Source of the DNA: Candidatus Hydrogenedentota bacterium
GTDB lineage: Bacteria; Hydrogenedentota; Hydrogenedentia; Hydrogenedentales; SLHB01
Direction of reading: 5' to 3'
NCBI GenBank assembly: GCA_963674865.2
Contig: CAXXYE010000002.1
Span: forward strand, 64,001-128,000
DNA length: 64,000 nt
Shown: piece after piece, positions 10,278-21,800 of the stretch
How the letters are laid out: each line of letters begins with the position of its first letter
Position numbering within the stretch: position 1 is the stretch's first letter
Translations under genes and position numbers: made by a program
Notes under the pieces: model-generated
What the model saw: only the letters and a program-made list of their open reading frames with translations
What the model was told of the DNA's origin: nothing
Database searches by the model: none

Positions 10278-13200
10278 TGGAGATCAGACGTCAAAGAGGG
10301 CCTATCGCATGGATGGCCCAGCATTCGGTGGCCGCCAACTTGATCCTCCTGTTCTGTCTGGTGGGGGGGTACCTCGCTCTACACATGATTCAGAAGGAAG
10401 TGTTTCCGGACATCACCCGCGATATTGTCACGGTAAGTGTCTCCTATCCGGGGGCAAGTCCGGAGGAAGTTGAGCAAGGCATTATCCTGGCGGTCGAGGA
10501 GGCCGTTCGTGGCCTCGATGGCGTGTACCAGGTGGAATCATCGGCTGCCGAAGGAAACGGCACCGTCGAGATCGAAATGATCGAGGGCGGCGATCTGCAG
10601 AAGCTTGCCCAAGATGTGCAGAGTGAGGTGGATCGTATCACCACGCTACCGGAGGATGCCGAGGAGCCGCAGGTATCGGTGGCTTCAAGGAAGCACGATG
10701 TCCTGAGCATTGTCGTGTACGGGAAGGTGGAGGACACCGTCCTGCACGAACTGGGTGAACAGATACGCGATCAGATGTTGCAGGATCCGGATATCACGCA
10801 AGTCGAAGTCTCCGGTCTGCCGTCCCTGGAAATCAGCATCGAAGTCCCACAGGCGAAGTTGCGCGAGTATGGCTTGACGCTCAGCGAAATCGCCTCACGC
10901 CTCAGTGATTCCTCGGTGGAGCTTCCCGGCGGGGGCATCAAGACGCAGGGAGGCGAGATTCTCCTGCGCGTGAAGGAGCGGCGGGACTATGGGCGGCAGT
11001 TTGCCCTGACGCCTATCATCACCACCAGGGATGGCAGTGAGGTCCTGCTCGGAGAGATTGCGACCATCCACGATGGATTCGAAGATACGGATCGGTGGGC
11101 GCTATATAACGGCAAGCCGGCTATCATGGTGCGGGTGTACCGCATCGGGAAGCAGACACCGACGCAGGTGGAGAGCGCGGCACTGCGCCAGATGGCGGAC
11201 ATCAAGGAAACGCTGCCGCCGGGCATAGGCGTTGATGTGCTCCACAATATGGCGGATGTCTACCGGCAGCGGGCGCATTTGCTCGTGCGAAACGGGCTTT
11301 TCGGCCTTGTCCTGGTGTTTGTGATGCTGGGGCTTTTCCTGGAACTGCGCTTGGCCTTCTGGGTCATGATGGGTATCCCGACCTCGTTTCTAGGCTCTCT
11401 CCTCTTCTTGCCCTCGATGGATGTCAGTATCAATATGATATCGATGTTCGCCTACATCATCGCTCTGGGCATTGTCGTGGACGATGCCATCGTTGTCGGC
11501 GAGAACATCTATTACCACCACCAGCAAGGAAAGCGCTTTCTCGAAGCGGCCATTCTTGGGGCGCGCGAACTGGCGGTCCCCGTGACCTTCAGCATTCTCA
11601 CCAATATCGTGACATTTATGCCGCTCTACTTCATTCCCGGGACGATGGGCAAGATATTCAAGGTTATCCCGGTGGTGGTGGGTACTGTCTTTCTAATATC
11701 CCTGCTGGAATCCGTCTTTGTGCTGCCATCGCACTTGGGACACCACAAAGAGCGTCGGCGCCGCGGCATCAACCGGTGGCTTCACTCAGCACAGCAGCGT
11801 TTCGGGCGTGGGTTCACGCGGGCAACGCAGGTTGTCTTTGGCCCGACTCTCGATTTCGTCCTGAAACGCCGGTATGTGGTGGTAGCGGGCGCGGCGTGCC
11901 TCTTTTTGCTGACGGTTGGGTATGCGGCGAGTGGGCGCATGGGATTTGGGCTGTTTCCGAGGGTGGAATCGGACTTCGGGCGGGCCGCTATTGAGCTGTC
12001 CTACGGCTCCGCCGTCGAGAAGACGGAGGCCATTCTGAAGAAGATATACGCAGGGGCGGAGAAGGTGATTGCGGACTGTGGCCGTCCGGAACTCGTCCAG
12101 GGGATCTACGAAGATATCGGCAATGGCGGCAGTCACTCCGGCTACATCCAGGTCTACCTGGCCGACGCCGACGTCCGTGACGAGATCATGAGTACGCAGG
12201 AGTTCGTGCGCCGGTGGCGCGAGGCCGTGGGACCCTTGATGGGCGTGGATACGGTGGATTTCTCTTCGGACTTTGGCGGGCCGGGCCATGGCGCGGCACT
12301 TACGGTAGAACTAAGCCACCGGAAGATGAGCGTGCTGGAGGCGGCGGGGAGTGATCTTGCCGGTATGCTTGCCACGTATCCGTTGTGCAAGGATATTGAT
12401 GACGGGTTTCAGCCCGGCAAACAGCAGATCGATTTCAAGATTAAGCCAGAGGGGAAGAGCCTTGGCTTGACAGCGCAATACGTGGCGCGCCAGGTGCGGA
12501 GCGCCTTCTACGGCGCGGAGGCCTTGCGGCAGCAGCGTGGCCGGAGCGAGGTGAAGATCATGGCGCGCCTGCCGGAGAAGGAGCGCGCTTCCGAGCAGAA
12601 TCTCGATGATTTGATATTGCTTACCAGCGATGGCGTCGAGGTGCCTCTACGTGAGGTAGTCGAAATGACGCGTGGCCGCGCGTATACGACGATTGAGCGG
12701 CGCAATGGGCGCCGTGTGGTGCAGGTGACGGCAGACGTGGCGCCTCGGGAAAAGTCCCTCGAGGTGCAGAATGAACTTGTGGCCACGGAGTTGCCTGAGC
12801 TTATGTACAAATATCCCGGCTTGAGTTACAGCTTTGAAGGGCATCAGGCCGACATGCGCGATAGTATGGCGAGTTTGAAGATAGGTTTCGCCATAGCGCT
12901 GCTCGCGATTTTCGGTTTGTTGGCCATACCGTTCCGGAGCTATAGCCAGCCGCTTATCATCATGGTGAGCATACCGTTCGGCATTATCGGCGCGGTGTTG
13001 GGGCATCTGATCATGGGGTTTTCGCTTTCCGTGATCAGCATGTTCGGTATCGTGGCGTTGTCCGGCGTGGTCGTGAATGACGCGCTGGTATTGATCGATG
13101 CGGCGAACCGGCGTCGCAGGGGGGAGGGCATGTCGTGCCACGAGGCGGTCATGAATGCGGCGATCCAGCGTTTTCGCCCGATCCTGTTGACGACGGCGAC

Positions 13201-13453
13201 GACGTTTTGCGGCCTGGCGCCGATGATCTTTGAGACGTCGATTCAAGCTCAGATGATGATTCCCATGGCCATCTCCCTCGGATTTGGGATCGTTTTCGCG
13301 ACGCTTATTACGCTGCTTCTGATACCGTGTCTGTACCTGGTGGATGAGGATGTGCGGCGCATGTTGACGTGGCTGCGCGGCGGCGATGCGAAGGCGTCGG
13401 AAGGTCCGGCATCGGCCACGGAGGCGGCATCCGTACTGGATTCCGCGAAATGA
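10277..13453 (+). CDS. RND efflux permease (AcrB/AcrD/AcrF family)
   Basis: 1058 aa; YPGASPEEVE, GIVVDDAIVVGENI, RFRPILLT. Confidence 0.95.
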   Translation: MEIRRQRGPIAWMAQHSVAANLILLFCLVGGYLALHMIQKEVFPDITRDIVTVSVSYPGASPEEVEQGIILAVEEAVRGLDGVYQVESSAAEGNGTVEIEMIEGGDLQKLAQDVQSEVDRITTLPEDAEEPQVSVASRKHDVLSIVVYGKVEDTVLHELGEQIRDQMLQDPDITQVEVSGLPSLEISIEVPQAKLREYGLTLSEIASRLSDSSVELPGGGIKTQGGEILLRVKERRDYGRQFALTPIITTRDGSEVLLGEIATIHDGFEDTDRWALYNGKPAIMVRVYRIGKQTPTQVESAALRQMADIKETLPPGIGVDVLHNMADVYRQRAHLLVRNGLFGLVLVFVMLGLFLELRLAFWVMMGIPTSFLGSLLFLPSMDVSINMISMFAYIIALGIVVDDAIVVGENIYYHHQQGKRFLEAAILGARELAVPVTFSILTNIVTFMPLYFIPGTMGKIFKVIPVVVGTVFLISLLESVFVLPSHLGHHKERRRRGINRWLHSAQQRFGRGFTRATQVVFGPTLDFVLKRRYVVVAGAACLFLLTVGYAASGRMGFGLFPRVESDFGRAAIELSYGSAVEKTEAILKKIYAGAEKVIADCGRPELVQGIYEDIGNGGSHSGYIQVYLADADVRDEIMSTQEFVRRWREAVGPLMGVDTVDFSSDFGGPGHGAALTVELSHRKMSVLEAAGSDLAGMLATYPLCKDIDDGFQPGKQQIDFKIKPEGKSLGLTAQYVARQVRSAFYGAEALRQQRGRSEVKIMARLPEKERASEQNLDDLILLTSDGVEVPLREVVEMTRGRAYTTIERRNGRRVVQVTADVAPREKSLEVQNELVATELPELMYKYPGLSYSFEGHQADMRDSMASLKIGFAIALLAIFGLLAIPFRSYSQPLIIMVSIPFGIIGAVLGHLIMGFSLSVISMFGIVALSGVVVNDALVLIDAANRRRRGEGMSCHEAVMNAAIQRFRPILLTTATTFCGLAPMIFETSIQAQMMIPMAISLGFGIVFATLITLLLIPCLYLVDEDVRRMLTWLRGGDAKASEGPASATEAASVLDSAK

Positions 13454-13983
13454 TGGAGCCGTCCCAACTGGCCATATTCATCGGGGCCGCCGTGGTTTTT
13501 ATCCTGGCACGCGGCCCGGATATCGTCTTCGTTGTTACACAAGGCATTTCCCATGGGCGCCGGGCGGGCATCATCACCGCGCGCGGCGTGAGCGCGGGCA
13601 ACCTGGTGCACACGACGGCGGCGGCCTTCGGGTTGTCCGTTGTGTTCCGGGTGTCCGTGGTTGCGTTTACCGCGCTCAAGGTGTTGGGAGTGGCGTACCT
13701 TCTCTATCTTGCGTGGAAGACTATCCGGCATAGAAGGGATGGTTGGGCCGTCGGCCCGGCGGATGGGCCGGAGAGGGGGCCCGTCGCGGCCCAGATGGCT
13801 TTGCTTGGCTTGGTATTCGCCATTCTCGTAATGGTGATCTTCGGCTGTGCCGGGGCGTTCTCGGGGGCCGTGGGAGCTTCCGTTAGAAGCAGGGCGGGTG
13901 AGCGAGTTGCCGCGGCGTTGGCTTGGGTGGTGGCGGGTGTGTACGTTGCCATCGGCGGTCGGTTGGCGTTTCTCCGTCAGTAA
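13450..13983 (+). pseudogene. LysE/RhtB-family translocator with apparent in-frame internal deletion
   Basis: LysE N-terminus (xGPDIVFVVTQGISHGRRAG; LKVLGVAYLLYLAW) but the conserved central N-L-L-N-P-K...F-L-P-Q-F segment is absent and PGP reads RGP. Confidence 0.6.
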
Positions 13984-14030
13984 TGGCCATAGCCGGGCTT
14001 CCTTTCCTGAGGGATACATAGAAGAGGTTT

Positions 14031-15377
14031 ATGAAGCGCACTACGGCGAAACTTACGGAAGGGTCGGTTGCCCGGCGGCTAACGGCGCTAGCGGTGCCGA
14101 TGCTCGGCGGCACCTTCGCGATGACGGCGTTCAATCTAACGGACACGTATTTTGTGTCGCGGCTTGGCACGCTTCCGCTGGCCGCCATGGGTTTCACCTT
14201 CCCGGTTGTCATGTTTGTCACCAGCATCGCCCACGGCTTGGGGATGGGGGCGACGGCCGTGGTGTCGCAGGTTCTCGGCGAAGGGGATCACGCGCAGGCG
14301 CGGCGCATCGCGACGCACAGCCTGATCCTTGCCTCGCTGGTCGTCATCGCGATGTCCGTCATCGGCCTTGTGAGCATGGGGCCTGTATTCCGGATGCTCG
14401 GGGCTTCCGATGAGGTGTTGCCGCTGGTTCATGAGTTCATGCTCATTTGGTATTCGGGGATTGTCGTTGTAGTCATTCCCATGATGGCGAACGGCATTAT
14501 CCGATCGGCGGGGGATGCTGTGTTTCCGAGCGCCCTCATGGTGTTCGGCTCGGTGCTGAACGTGATCCTCGATCCGATCATGATCTTCGGTTTGTTCGGT
14601 TTTCCGCGTCTCGGGCTGCGCGGCGCGGCGCTCGCGACGGTGCTGGCGCGCGCCGTGACGCTGGTTGTGACGCTATACGTGCTGCACCGGCGGCATGGAC
14701 TTCTCGAACTGTCTGTTCCTCGAACTTCCGAGCTTTGGGCCTCGTGGCGGCGCGTGATGCACATCGGGATTCCCAGCAGCGCCACGAACCTGCTCCTGCC
14801 GATCTCGAGCGGGATTATCACGCGCATCGTGGCCGGATTCGGGGAGACGGCTGTCGCGGCGTGCGGCGCGGGGAGCCGCATCGAGATGTTCGCTTTCATG
14901 ATTCCGATGGCTTTGGGCGTGTCGCAGGTGCCGTTCATCGGACAGAACTGGGGCGCGGGGCGGATCGACCGCGTGAATCTCTGCCGGAAGTACAGTAATC
15001 GGTTTGCGCTCTACTGGGGCATCTGCTGTGCAGTGGCATTCATGCTGCTGTCGCATCGCATGGCCATGTTCTTCAGCCACGATGCGCGCGTGGTGGATAT
15101 CTTGACGCTGTACCTGTGTGTGATTCCGTTGGGATATGGCATGCGCGAAATCCATCGCTATGTCGGCTTCTCATTCAACGCCGTGGGGCGCCCGCTGAGT
15201 TCCGCGGGGATCAACGTGATTCGTATCGTGGGCCTGCTCATCCCGTGCACCTTCCTTGGCGCGCGGTTCTTCGGCCTGACGGGGGTGTTCTGGGGGACGG
15301 TGGCGGCCGACCTCACCTCTGCTTGTTTGGCCTTGCTCTGGGCGCGTCACCTGTTCCGCGGTCTTGAGAAGAGTTGA
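14031..15377 (+). CDS. MATE family efflux transporter
   Basis: LTEGSV start, TDTYFVSRLG, LNVILDPIMIFG...LGLRGAALAT, GQNWGAG. Confidence 0.93.
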   Translation: MKRTTAKLTEGSVARRLTALAVPMLGGTFAMTAFNLTDTYFVSRLGTLPLAAMGFTFPVVMFVTSIAHGLGMGATAVVSQVLGEGDHAQARRIATHSLILASLVVIAMSVIGLVSMGPVFRMLGASDEVLPLVHEFMLIWYSGIVVVVIPMMANGIIRSAGDAVFPSALMVFGSVLNVILDPIMIFGLFGFPRLGLRGAALATVLARAVTLVVTLYVLHRRHGLLELSVPRTSELWASWRRVMHIGIPSSATNLLLPISSGIITRIVAGFGETAVAACGAGSRIEMFAFMIPMALGVSQVPFIGQNWGAGRIDRVNLCRKYSNRFALYWGICCAVAFMLLSHRMAMFFSHDARVVDILTLYLCVIPLGYGMREIHRYVGFSFNAVGRPLSSAGINVIRIVGLLIPCTFLGARFFGLTGVFWGTVAADLTSACLALLWARHLFRGLEKS

Positions 15378-15458
15378 GGAAGAGCGAAGAGATCGATAGT
15401 GGCAGGAGCGGAGGGCGCATAGTGGTATGGGTTGGGCTGACGGTGTCTCATTCTCGCG

Positions 15459-15530
15459 GCGAAAATCAGGGACAGACACGTCTTCGCCCGCCTGAGGCGG
15501 ACTCCGCTTGCGTCAGTCCCCGTTTTTCGC
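15459..15530. repeat. ~70-bp REP-like palindromic element (empty copy)
   Basis: GCGAAAA..GGGACAGACACGTCT-[CCGCC hairpin GGCGG]-GCTTGCGTCAGTCCCCGTTTTTCGC; the same element surrounds both MITE copies. Confidence 0.85.
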
Positions 15531-15575
15531 CTGGTTCTGCCCGACGGTTCAGCGAGGGACTCGCGCGTCCTATGA

Positions 15576-16358
15576 CTATTCAACGAGGTGAAGCTCGCCG
15601 TATCCTTCGTGGTGGTGGTAGGAGGTGATGGGGAGCTTGGGGGTCATGGTGAGTTCGGGGCCGGAACAGGTGAGGTAGCGCGAGTAGTTGTAGCGCGCCA
15701 CGAGGATGCGCCAGGGCGTTTCCGGATCGAAGCGGTCGCCGTGGCGTGTGAGTTCGGCGATCGGTATGGCCATCTCGCCCGTCCAGGCTTTGTCCTTGTC
15801 GTGCCAGTCGTTGAGCGTGCCGTCGCACTTGGCGGCGACGTGGAGCTCCATCTCGTATTCGTCGGCACTGGGGAGGCCCAAGCGGCCTCGGCCGGGGAAC
15901 CAGAGATGGGTCTTGTGCTGGTGGGGGGTGACGTAGAGTTCCCAATACCAGGTGTTGGCGGGCGGCTTAAGGAAGAGTTCGGCGAGGTCGCCGGAGAGGT
16001 AGTGGTGGACTTGGTCCTTGTCGACTTCGGCGACGATGTCTGAGTCTTGGAACTTGACGGCCAGATAGAGGTTCTTGTCGTCCCAGGCCAGGCGGACTTC
16101 TCCGGGTTCCTGGAGCTGCAGGCCTTTTTCGATGCGGTCATCCGCGAGGGAGAGGGCGTACGCTTTGGCCTTTTGCCATACCGGCTCGTCGAGGGCGCCA
16201 TCGAGGGTTACCGGTGTGGACGTGTAGAGGGCCTCAATGATGGGCGGGGGGGCGTCGGCGCTCGTAGGCGCCTCTTCGGGCTCGGCGGCACTCCATCCGC
16301 AGAACAGGCCTACGCACGTGACGGCAATGGACCACAGCATCAGATTCCTCATGTCCAA
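15576..16358 (-). CDS. secreted carbohydrate-binding family 9-like (DOMON-like) protein
   Basis: signal peptide; LDGALDEPVW, LAWDDKNLYLA, WTGEMAIP. Confidence 0.8.
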   Translation of the reverse strand: MDMRNLMLWSIAVTCVGLFCGWSAAEPEEAPTSADAPPPIIEALYTSTPVTLDGALDEPVWQKAKAYALSLADDRIEKGLQLQEPGEVRLAWDDKNLYLAVKFQDSDIVAEVDKDQVHHYLSGDLAELFLKPPANTWYWELYVTPHQHKTHLWFPGRGRLGLPSADEYEMELHVAAKCDGTLNDWHDKDKAWTGEMAIPIAELTRHGDRFDPETPWRILVARYNYSRYLTCSGPELTMTPKLPITSYHHHEGYGELHLVE

Positions 16359-16364
16359 GCTCCT

Positions 16365-18464
16365 CTATTCGTTTTCTTCGGCGGCTAATGCCGTTTCCAC
16401 TTCCTCTTGATCGAGTTCATCCAGGTTCTTGTGGCCGACAACGGAGCCATCATCTCGGGCGTCGCGCTTGACGGTACGGAGCATGCGAAACAGCTGGCCC
16501 AGATTGTGGAATCCACCGATACCGAGCCAGATGGTGATGGCCGCCGCAAGTATCACGATGAGCCAGCAGTATCCGTGCCAAAATGTATCCCATGCGGCAT
16601 TCGAGATGCCATGCCGCAGCGCGTAGAAAGTGCCTACGAGGAAGACGCCGAAGAATATGAGTATATAAGCGTATGATCCCAGGAAGACAACCTTGTCTCC
16701 TCGGCTGAAGTCTTTGCCTGTTCCCAACACTTTCCAGCCCGTCGCCGGGAGGGCCTGTTCGATGGGCTCATCGTTGCGGGCGTATCGTCCGCGATGGAGC
16801 ATCTGCTCGATGTTGAATCCACCTTTGGGTGAGGTGAGGAGCGAAGCGATGACGTAACTCACTGACGTGGAGAGCATGGTGAATCCCCACAAGAGTTGGG
16901 CGTTTATGGGGCACTTGGTTCCTTCGGGGCCGCCCGCGAGGGCGGGCCATCGTTCGAGGGCGCTGGCCCAGAGTGACGGTGCGGTGGCGGCGGCGAACTG
17001 CTGGCAGTTCGGCCAGAAATAGGTCATGTACCAGCCTCCGACGGCGAGGAAGGCTCCCACAATGGCGGCGGTCCATGCGCCGGCAGTAGTGCCGTGCCGC
17101 CAGTAGAGGCCTCCGACGATGGCGGCGCCGGCCCATCCGAGCCAGATGGTGCCCGTCAAGGCGAAGAACATGAGGATGTCCTGCTGCTGCTGAAAGAGGA
17201 GGCTGAACAGAAAGATGAACACTGCTACGCCGGTGACGGCGGCGCGCAGCCAGCGGATATGCGCCTTCGGGGATAGGGGCTCGCGGTCGCCGCGGAGGGT
17301 GTTGCGTATGGGCAGGACGATGTCTTGGACGAAGATGCTTCCCCATGAGTGGAGGTAGGTGTCGTGGGTTGAGACGAAGGCGGCGAACATGACGGCGGCG
17401 AAGATGCCGGTCAATCCGACAGGCAAGATGTGGGTCAGTGCCACCGTGACGCGGAGTTGGGATTGGAGCTGGGGGTTGCCCACGGAATCGAGCACGCCAT
17501 TGACGACACGGGCTCCCTGGGCGAAGTCCACATGATGCAGGAAGGTGAAGGCGCATACGGAGAGGAGGACGATGGGTAGGGTGGTCACTAAGGTGCGGTA
17601 TACGCCGAGGACGCGGCCCATCTTGGCCTCGTGAGGCGTGCGCGCGGCGCTGTAGTAGCCTTGGGAGCCCTGCCATGCCATGAAGGTGAAGAAGCTTCCG
17701 AAGGCCCCTATCAGAAAATAACTTACGCCGAAATTGTCGGTGCCCGAGGTGCGTATGGGGTCGATGAGGGAGGCGTCGGCCTGTGCCGTGGCGAGGGCCT
17801 GGGAAATAGTCGTCCAGTCGAAGCGCCACAGTAGGAACAACATGATGACGACGAGGGCTACGTTGCAGAAGAAGCCCTGGAAGAAGTCGGTTACCATGAC
17901 GGCGATCTGGCCGCCCATGAAGGTGAAGGCCAGGGAGATTGTGAGGAGGATGAACATAATGCCGGCGTAAACAACGTCGATCTCGAGCGCCCCAAGGGAC
18001 ACGAGATGTGTTGGGAGGCCGCAGAAGTATTGGAAGAATCGCCCGCCGACGGCGGGGAAGATGCCGAAGTTGATCGTGCCCGAGACAAAGGCGAGCATGC
18101 CCGCGAACACGCGGAACCGGCGGCTGTAGCGCACTTCGAAGAATTGGGCCATGGTCATGGCGCGGGTTTCGCGGAAGCGGTACTGGATCCAGCCGGAGAG
18201 GGCGACAATCGTGGTGACGGGCAGCAGCATGCTGGCCCACCAGACGGCCGTGAATCCGGCCTTGTAGTACATCTCGAAGAAGGCCACGATGGAGACGGCG
18301 CCGAGGCCTGAGATACCCTCCGAGACGGCCAGGAGATACCGGCCGGCGCACCGGCTTGCGGAGAGGTAGTCGGCGACGGACTGGGTGTACTTCTTCGTGC
18401 CGTAGGCCGTGCCGCAGATGAATAGAGCCAGCCCGCCGAGGATCGCCCAGTCCAGTAGATGCAT
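16365..18464 (-). CDS. sodium:solute symporter family protein
   Basis: start at MHLLDW (18464); SVADYL, TMAQFFEVRYS, GGQIAVMVTDFFQ, many TM helices. Confidence 0.9.
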   Translation of the reverse strand: MHLLDWAILGGLALFICGTAYGTKKYTQSVADYLSASRCAGRYLLAVSEGISGLGAVSIVAFFEMYYKAGFTAVWWASMLLPVTTIVALSGWIQYRFRETRAMTMAQFFEVRYSRRFRVFAGMLAFVSGTINFGIFPAVGGRFFQYFCGLPTHLVSLGALEIDVVYAGIMFILLTISLAFTFMGGQIAVMVTDFFQGFFCNVALVVIMLFLLWRFDWTTISQALATAQADASLIDPIRTSGTDNFGVSYFLIGAFGSFFTFMAWQGSQGYYSAARTPHEAKMGRVLGVYRTLVTTLPIVLLSVCAFTFLHHVDFAQGARVVNGVLDSVGNPQLQSQLRVTVALTHILPVGLTGIFAAVMFAAFVSTHDTYLHSWGSIFVQDIVLPIRNTLRGDREPLSPKAHIRWLRAAVTGVAVFIFLFSLLFQQQQDILMFFALTGTIWLGWAGAAIVGGLYWRHGTTAGAWTAAIVGAFLAVGGWYMTYFWPNCQQFAAATAPSLWASALERWPALAGGPEGTKCPINAQLLWGFTMLSTSVSYVIASLLTSPKGGFNIEQMLHRGRYARNDEPIEQALPATGWKVLGTGKDFSRGDKVVFLGSYAYILIFFGVFLVGTFYALRHGISNAAWDTFWHGYCWLIVILAAAITIWLGIGGFHNLGQLFRMLRTVKRDARDDGSVVGHKNLDELDQEEVETALAAEENE

Positions 18465-18867
18465 GTTCACGCCGCTACCAATCCTCCGAAATACCACGGC
18501 TCCGGACGAGGGGCCAAGACACGGGCCGGCATGACTTGATGGCCGCCCGTCTTGGCGTATGTTCGGAGCGTGCTCGTGCCCTCCGTTTCTTCTATGCTCG
18601 GCGCAAGGGGGCCTCTCTGCAGGCAGAAGATGTGCCGTGCGCCCAAGGGGAACGTTCCTTACACAAGATGGCCGCGTCCTTCTCAGTGGCGGCCCTTGAA
18701 GTGTAAGCATCGGGCGGGGCACGTTCAAGGACGTTGTCGCTCGAGGCGTGAAGCAGGAAGTCTTGCCGTTCACGCACTTGATTCACCCCGGTAGGGCGGA
18801 TAACCTTGCTCGAGCAGGCCGTCAGAGGTCGGGCCTGCACGTTCGGGCTATGGCATGGGGAGAACCG

Positions 18868-21800
18868 ATGTACCAGTCGACGGCACCTTGGGATTACTTA
18901 GTTATCACCGCATCGAATGACGCGCAGGCGGCGGCCTATGAGGGCCAAATCCGTCTGCGGCGGGAACTGGGCTTTCTGAGCGGGGCGCGCGAAGTGCTCG
19001 TGGTGGCGGATCCCGGGGGCAGACGGGTCGGTAGCGGCGGAAGCACGATCTATTGCCTGATGACGATCCTGAACCGGGAACTTTCCGGTGCGGCGGGAGA
19101 GGCATCGAGGCGGGAAGACTGGGAGAAGCTGCTCCGGCGGCTGCGGATTCTTATCGTCCATGCCGGGGGCGATTCGCGGCGGCTACCGGTGTATGGCCCG
19201 TGTGGGAAGGTCTTCATTCCCGTGCCCGGCGAGAGCGACGCAGGCCTTTGTATGACGTTGTTCGATCGGCAGTTGCCTACGTATCTGGCGCTTCCGCCGG
19301 CAAGGGCCGGTGAGGGGGAAGTGGTGATCACGTCGGGCGATGTGCTGCTCGGATTCGACCCGGCGCAGGTACGATTCCGGCCCGAAGGCCTCACAGGGCT
19401 CGGGTGCTACGCGGATCCAGAGGAAGCCAGCCGGCACGGGGTGTTTTGCAGCGGCGGCGAAGGCGAAGTGCGCTTGTTTCTGCAGAAACCGAGCGCTTCC
19501 GACCAGGAAGAGACGGGGGCGATGGATCGCTACGGCCGCTCGATCCTGGATATCGGCGTGATGCGCTTCGATGCGGCGACGGCCGGGGCGTTCTTGGCCT
19601 TGTGCGGCGCGGCGCCGGACGAGGCGGGGCGCTTGGTGTGGACGGGTGGCATCGGCGGCCGTATGGCGGAGCATGGGCTGGACTTCTACCGCGAGATCTG
19701 TTGCGCTTTGGGCACAGAAGCAACCGCAGCCCACCACGCCGCCGACGCGCGGAAGAGCGGCGCCACGTGGGGCGATGATGAATTGGCACGCATTCATGAG
19801 GGCTTGGCGGGGATTCCTTTTCATGTGGACGTGCTCGGACACTGCTCGTTCCTGCACTTCGGCACATTGCAGCAGATTGTGGCGAGTGGCCTGGACCTGC
19901 TTCGGGGCGACCGCGGCGGCGGGGCGCCGCCGGAGTGTTTGAGCGTCAACAACGAGATCGCCGGGGAAGGCCGGCTTGACGGCAAACGCGTTTGGGTGGA
20001 GGGATGCCGGATAGGCTCGGAACTCCAGCTGGGCGGGGGGAATGTGGTGGTTGGCCTCGATGTTGAGGGGCCGCTTACGGTTCCCGCCGAAGCATGTGTG
20101 GATGTGCTCAGCGGGAAGGGACGTGGGGAAGAAGCGGTCTGGTTCTTTCGCTGTTATCACGCGAGGGACGACCTGAAGGGAAGCGGCCCGCAGGGAGGTA
20201 CGATCTGGCGCGTTCCGGTTGCCGATCTGCCGAGTTTTGCCGAGGCCGAGGATAATGAGATTTGGCCCTTGGATATTCCACGCGAGGAGCGAGGCATATG
20301 GAATGCCAGGCTCTTCCCCGCGATGTGCGAGCCCGGCGCGTATGGCGAGTGGTGGTGGCTCTTGACGCCCGGCGAGGCCAAGGCGGAGGACTGGGCCGCG
20401 TGGCGTGCGGCGGAGCGGTACAGTCTCGCGGAGATCGCTGAACTGACGGATCAGGAGGCCTTTCACGCGCGCCGTGCGGCGATTCGCGGCGCGGCCGTCC
20501 TTGAGTCGCTCCCGATCATGTTGCGGCCGGAGAGCGAGTTGTCGTCGCACGAAGTGGCGTACCTGATGGCGCGAGACGTAGACAACGCAGCATGGCTGGC
20601 GCGGCTGATGCGGGAGGCCTGCCGGTACCACGTGGGTGAGGCCAGGGCGCCTGGGGTGGAGGGGCTAGGCTTTTCCCGTGTCATCCACATGGCGGGGGCG
20701 GTTGCGGAGCGGCTGGAGCGGGAGCGACCCGGTTGGCTGGGGCGTGCGGCTCAGGCGGCGGCGGATGCGCTTTCCGTGGCCGAACGGGAGTGGCTAGATA
20801 GTGTCGGCTTGGCGTTTGATAAGGCAAAGGATGCGGAATCGTGGGCGGCCCACGCGAAGGAGCTTGCCTTCCAGCATCTTGGGGCGACAATTGCTTCCAG
20901 CGCTGCGGCGCTGCTTGAACCGCCGAGGAACGCACTGAGGCAGGATGAGATTGTGTGGGGCCGGGCGCCGGCGCGCTTGGACCTCGGCGGCGGCTGGAGC
21001 GACACGCCGCCTTACTGTCTGGAGCGGGGCGGGTGTGTGATCAACGCGGCAGTGGATCTGAACGGGCAGCCGCCGATTCAGGCGTATGCGCGCGTGATCG
21101 AGGAGCCCGTCATCCGCTTGGGGTCGATAGATTTCGGCAAGCGGCTGGAGATCACGGAACTGGCGCAGTTGCTGGATTACCGGCACGCCGGGAGCGAGTT
21201 TTCGTTGCCGAAAGCGGCGCTGGCCATCTCGGGTTTTTCCCACGAGGCCGCGCCATGGCCTGCCGGGGCGGGCTTGCGGGACATGCTGGAGGCGTTTGGC
21301 GGCGGGATCGAGTTGACGACGCTTGCGGCTATTCCCGGCGGGAGCGGGCTGGGTACGTCGAGCATTATGGGGGCGGTTGTGCTGGCGGTGGTCCAGCGGA
21401 TCATGGGCGAGACGCTCAGCCAGCGGGGACTGTTTCACGGTGTTCTGCGGCTTGAACAGGCGTTGACGACGGGTGGGGGTTGGCAAGATCAGATCGGCGG
21501 AGCCGTGGGCGGGGTGAAGATCATCACCACCGAACCGGGGCTGGTGCCGGATCCTCGGATTCATTTCGTGCCCGGGGACGTGTTGGATCCTGCCGCTAAC
21601 GGGGGATGCACGCGCCTTTATTACACGGGGATCACGCGGTTGGCGAAGAACATCCTGCAAAACGTCGTCGGGCGCTATCTGGATCGCGATCGGGCGGCGC
21701 TGGAGATCATGGGACGGATTCATGGCTTCCCGGCGAGAGTTTCGGATGCGATGGCGCGCAAGGATCGTCAGGCGTTCGGGCAGGCCCTCGCCGAGGCGTG

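Noticed and set aside
18465..18867. N-terminal extensions of the symporter (to 18773) and fucokinase (from 18748) in the ORF track
   Set aside because: They overlap each other, are not family-like, and better starts exist at 18464 and 18868; treated as divergent intergenic DNA.
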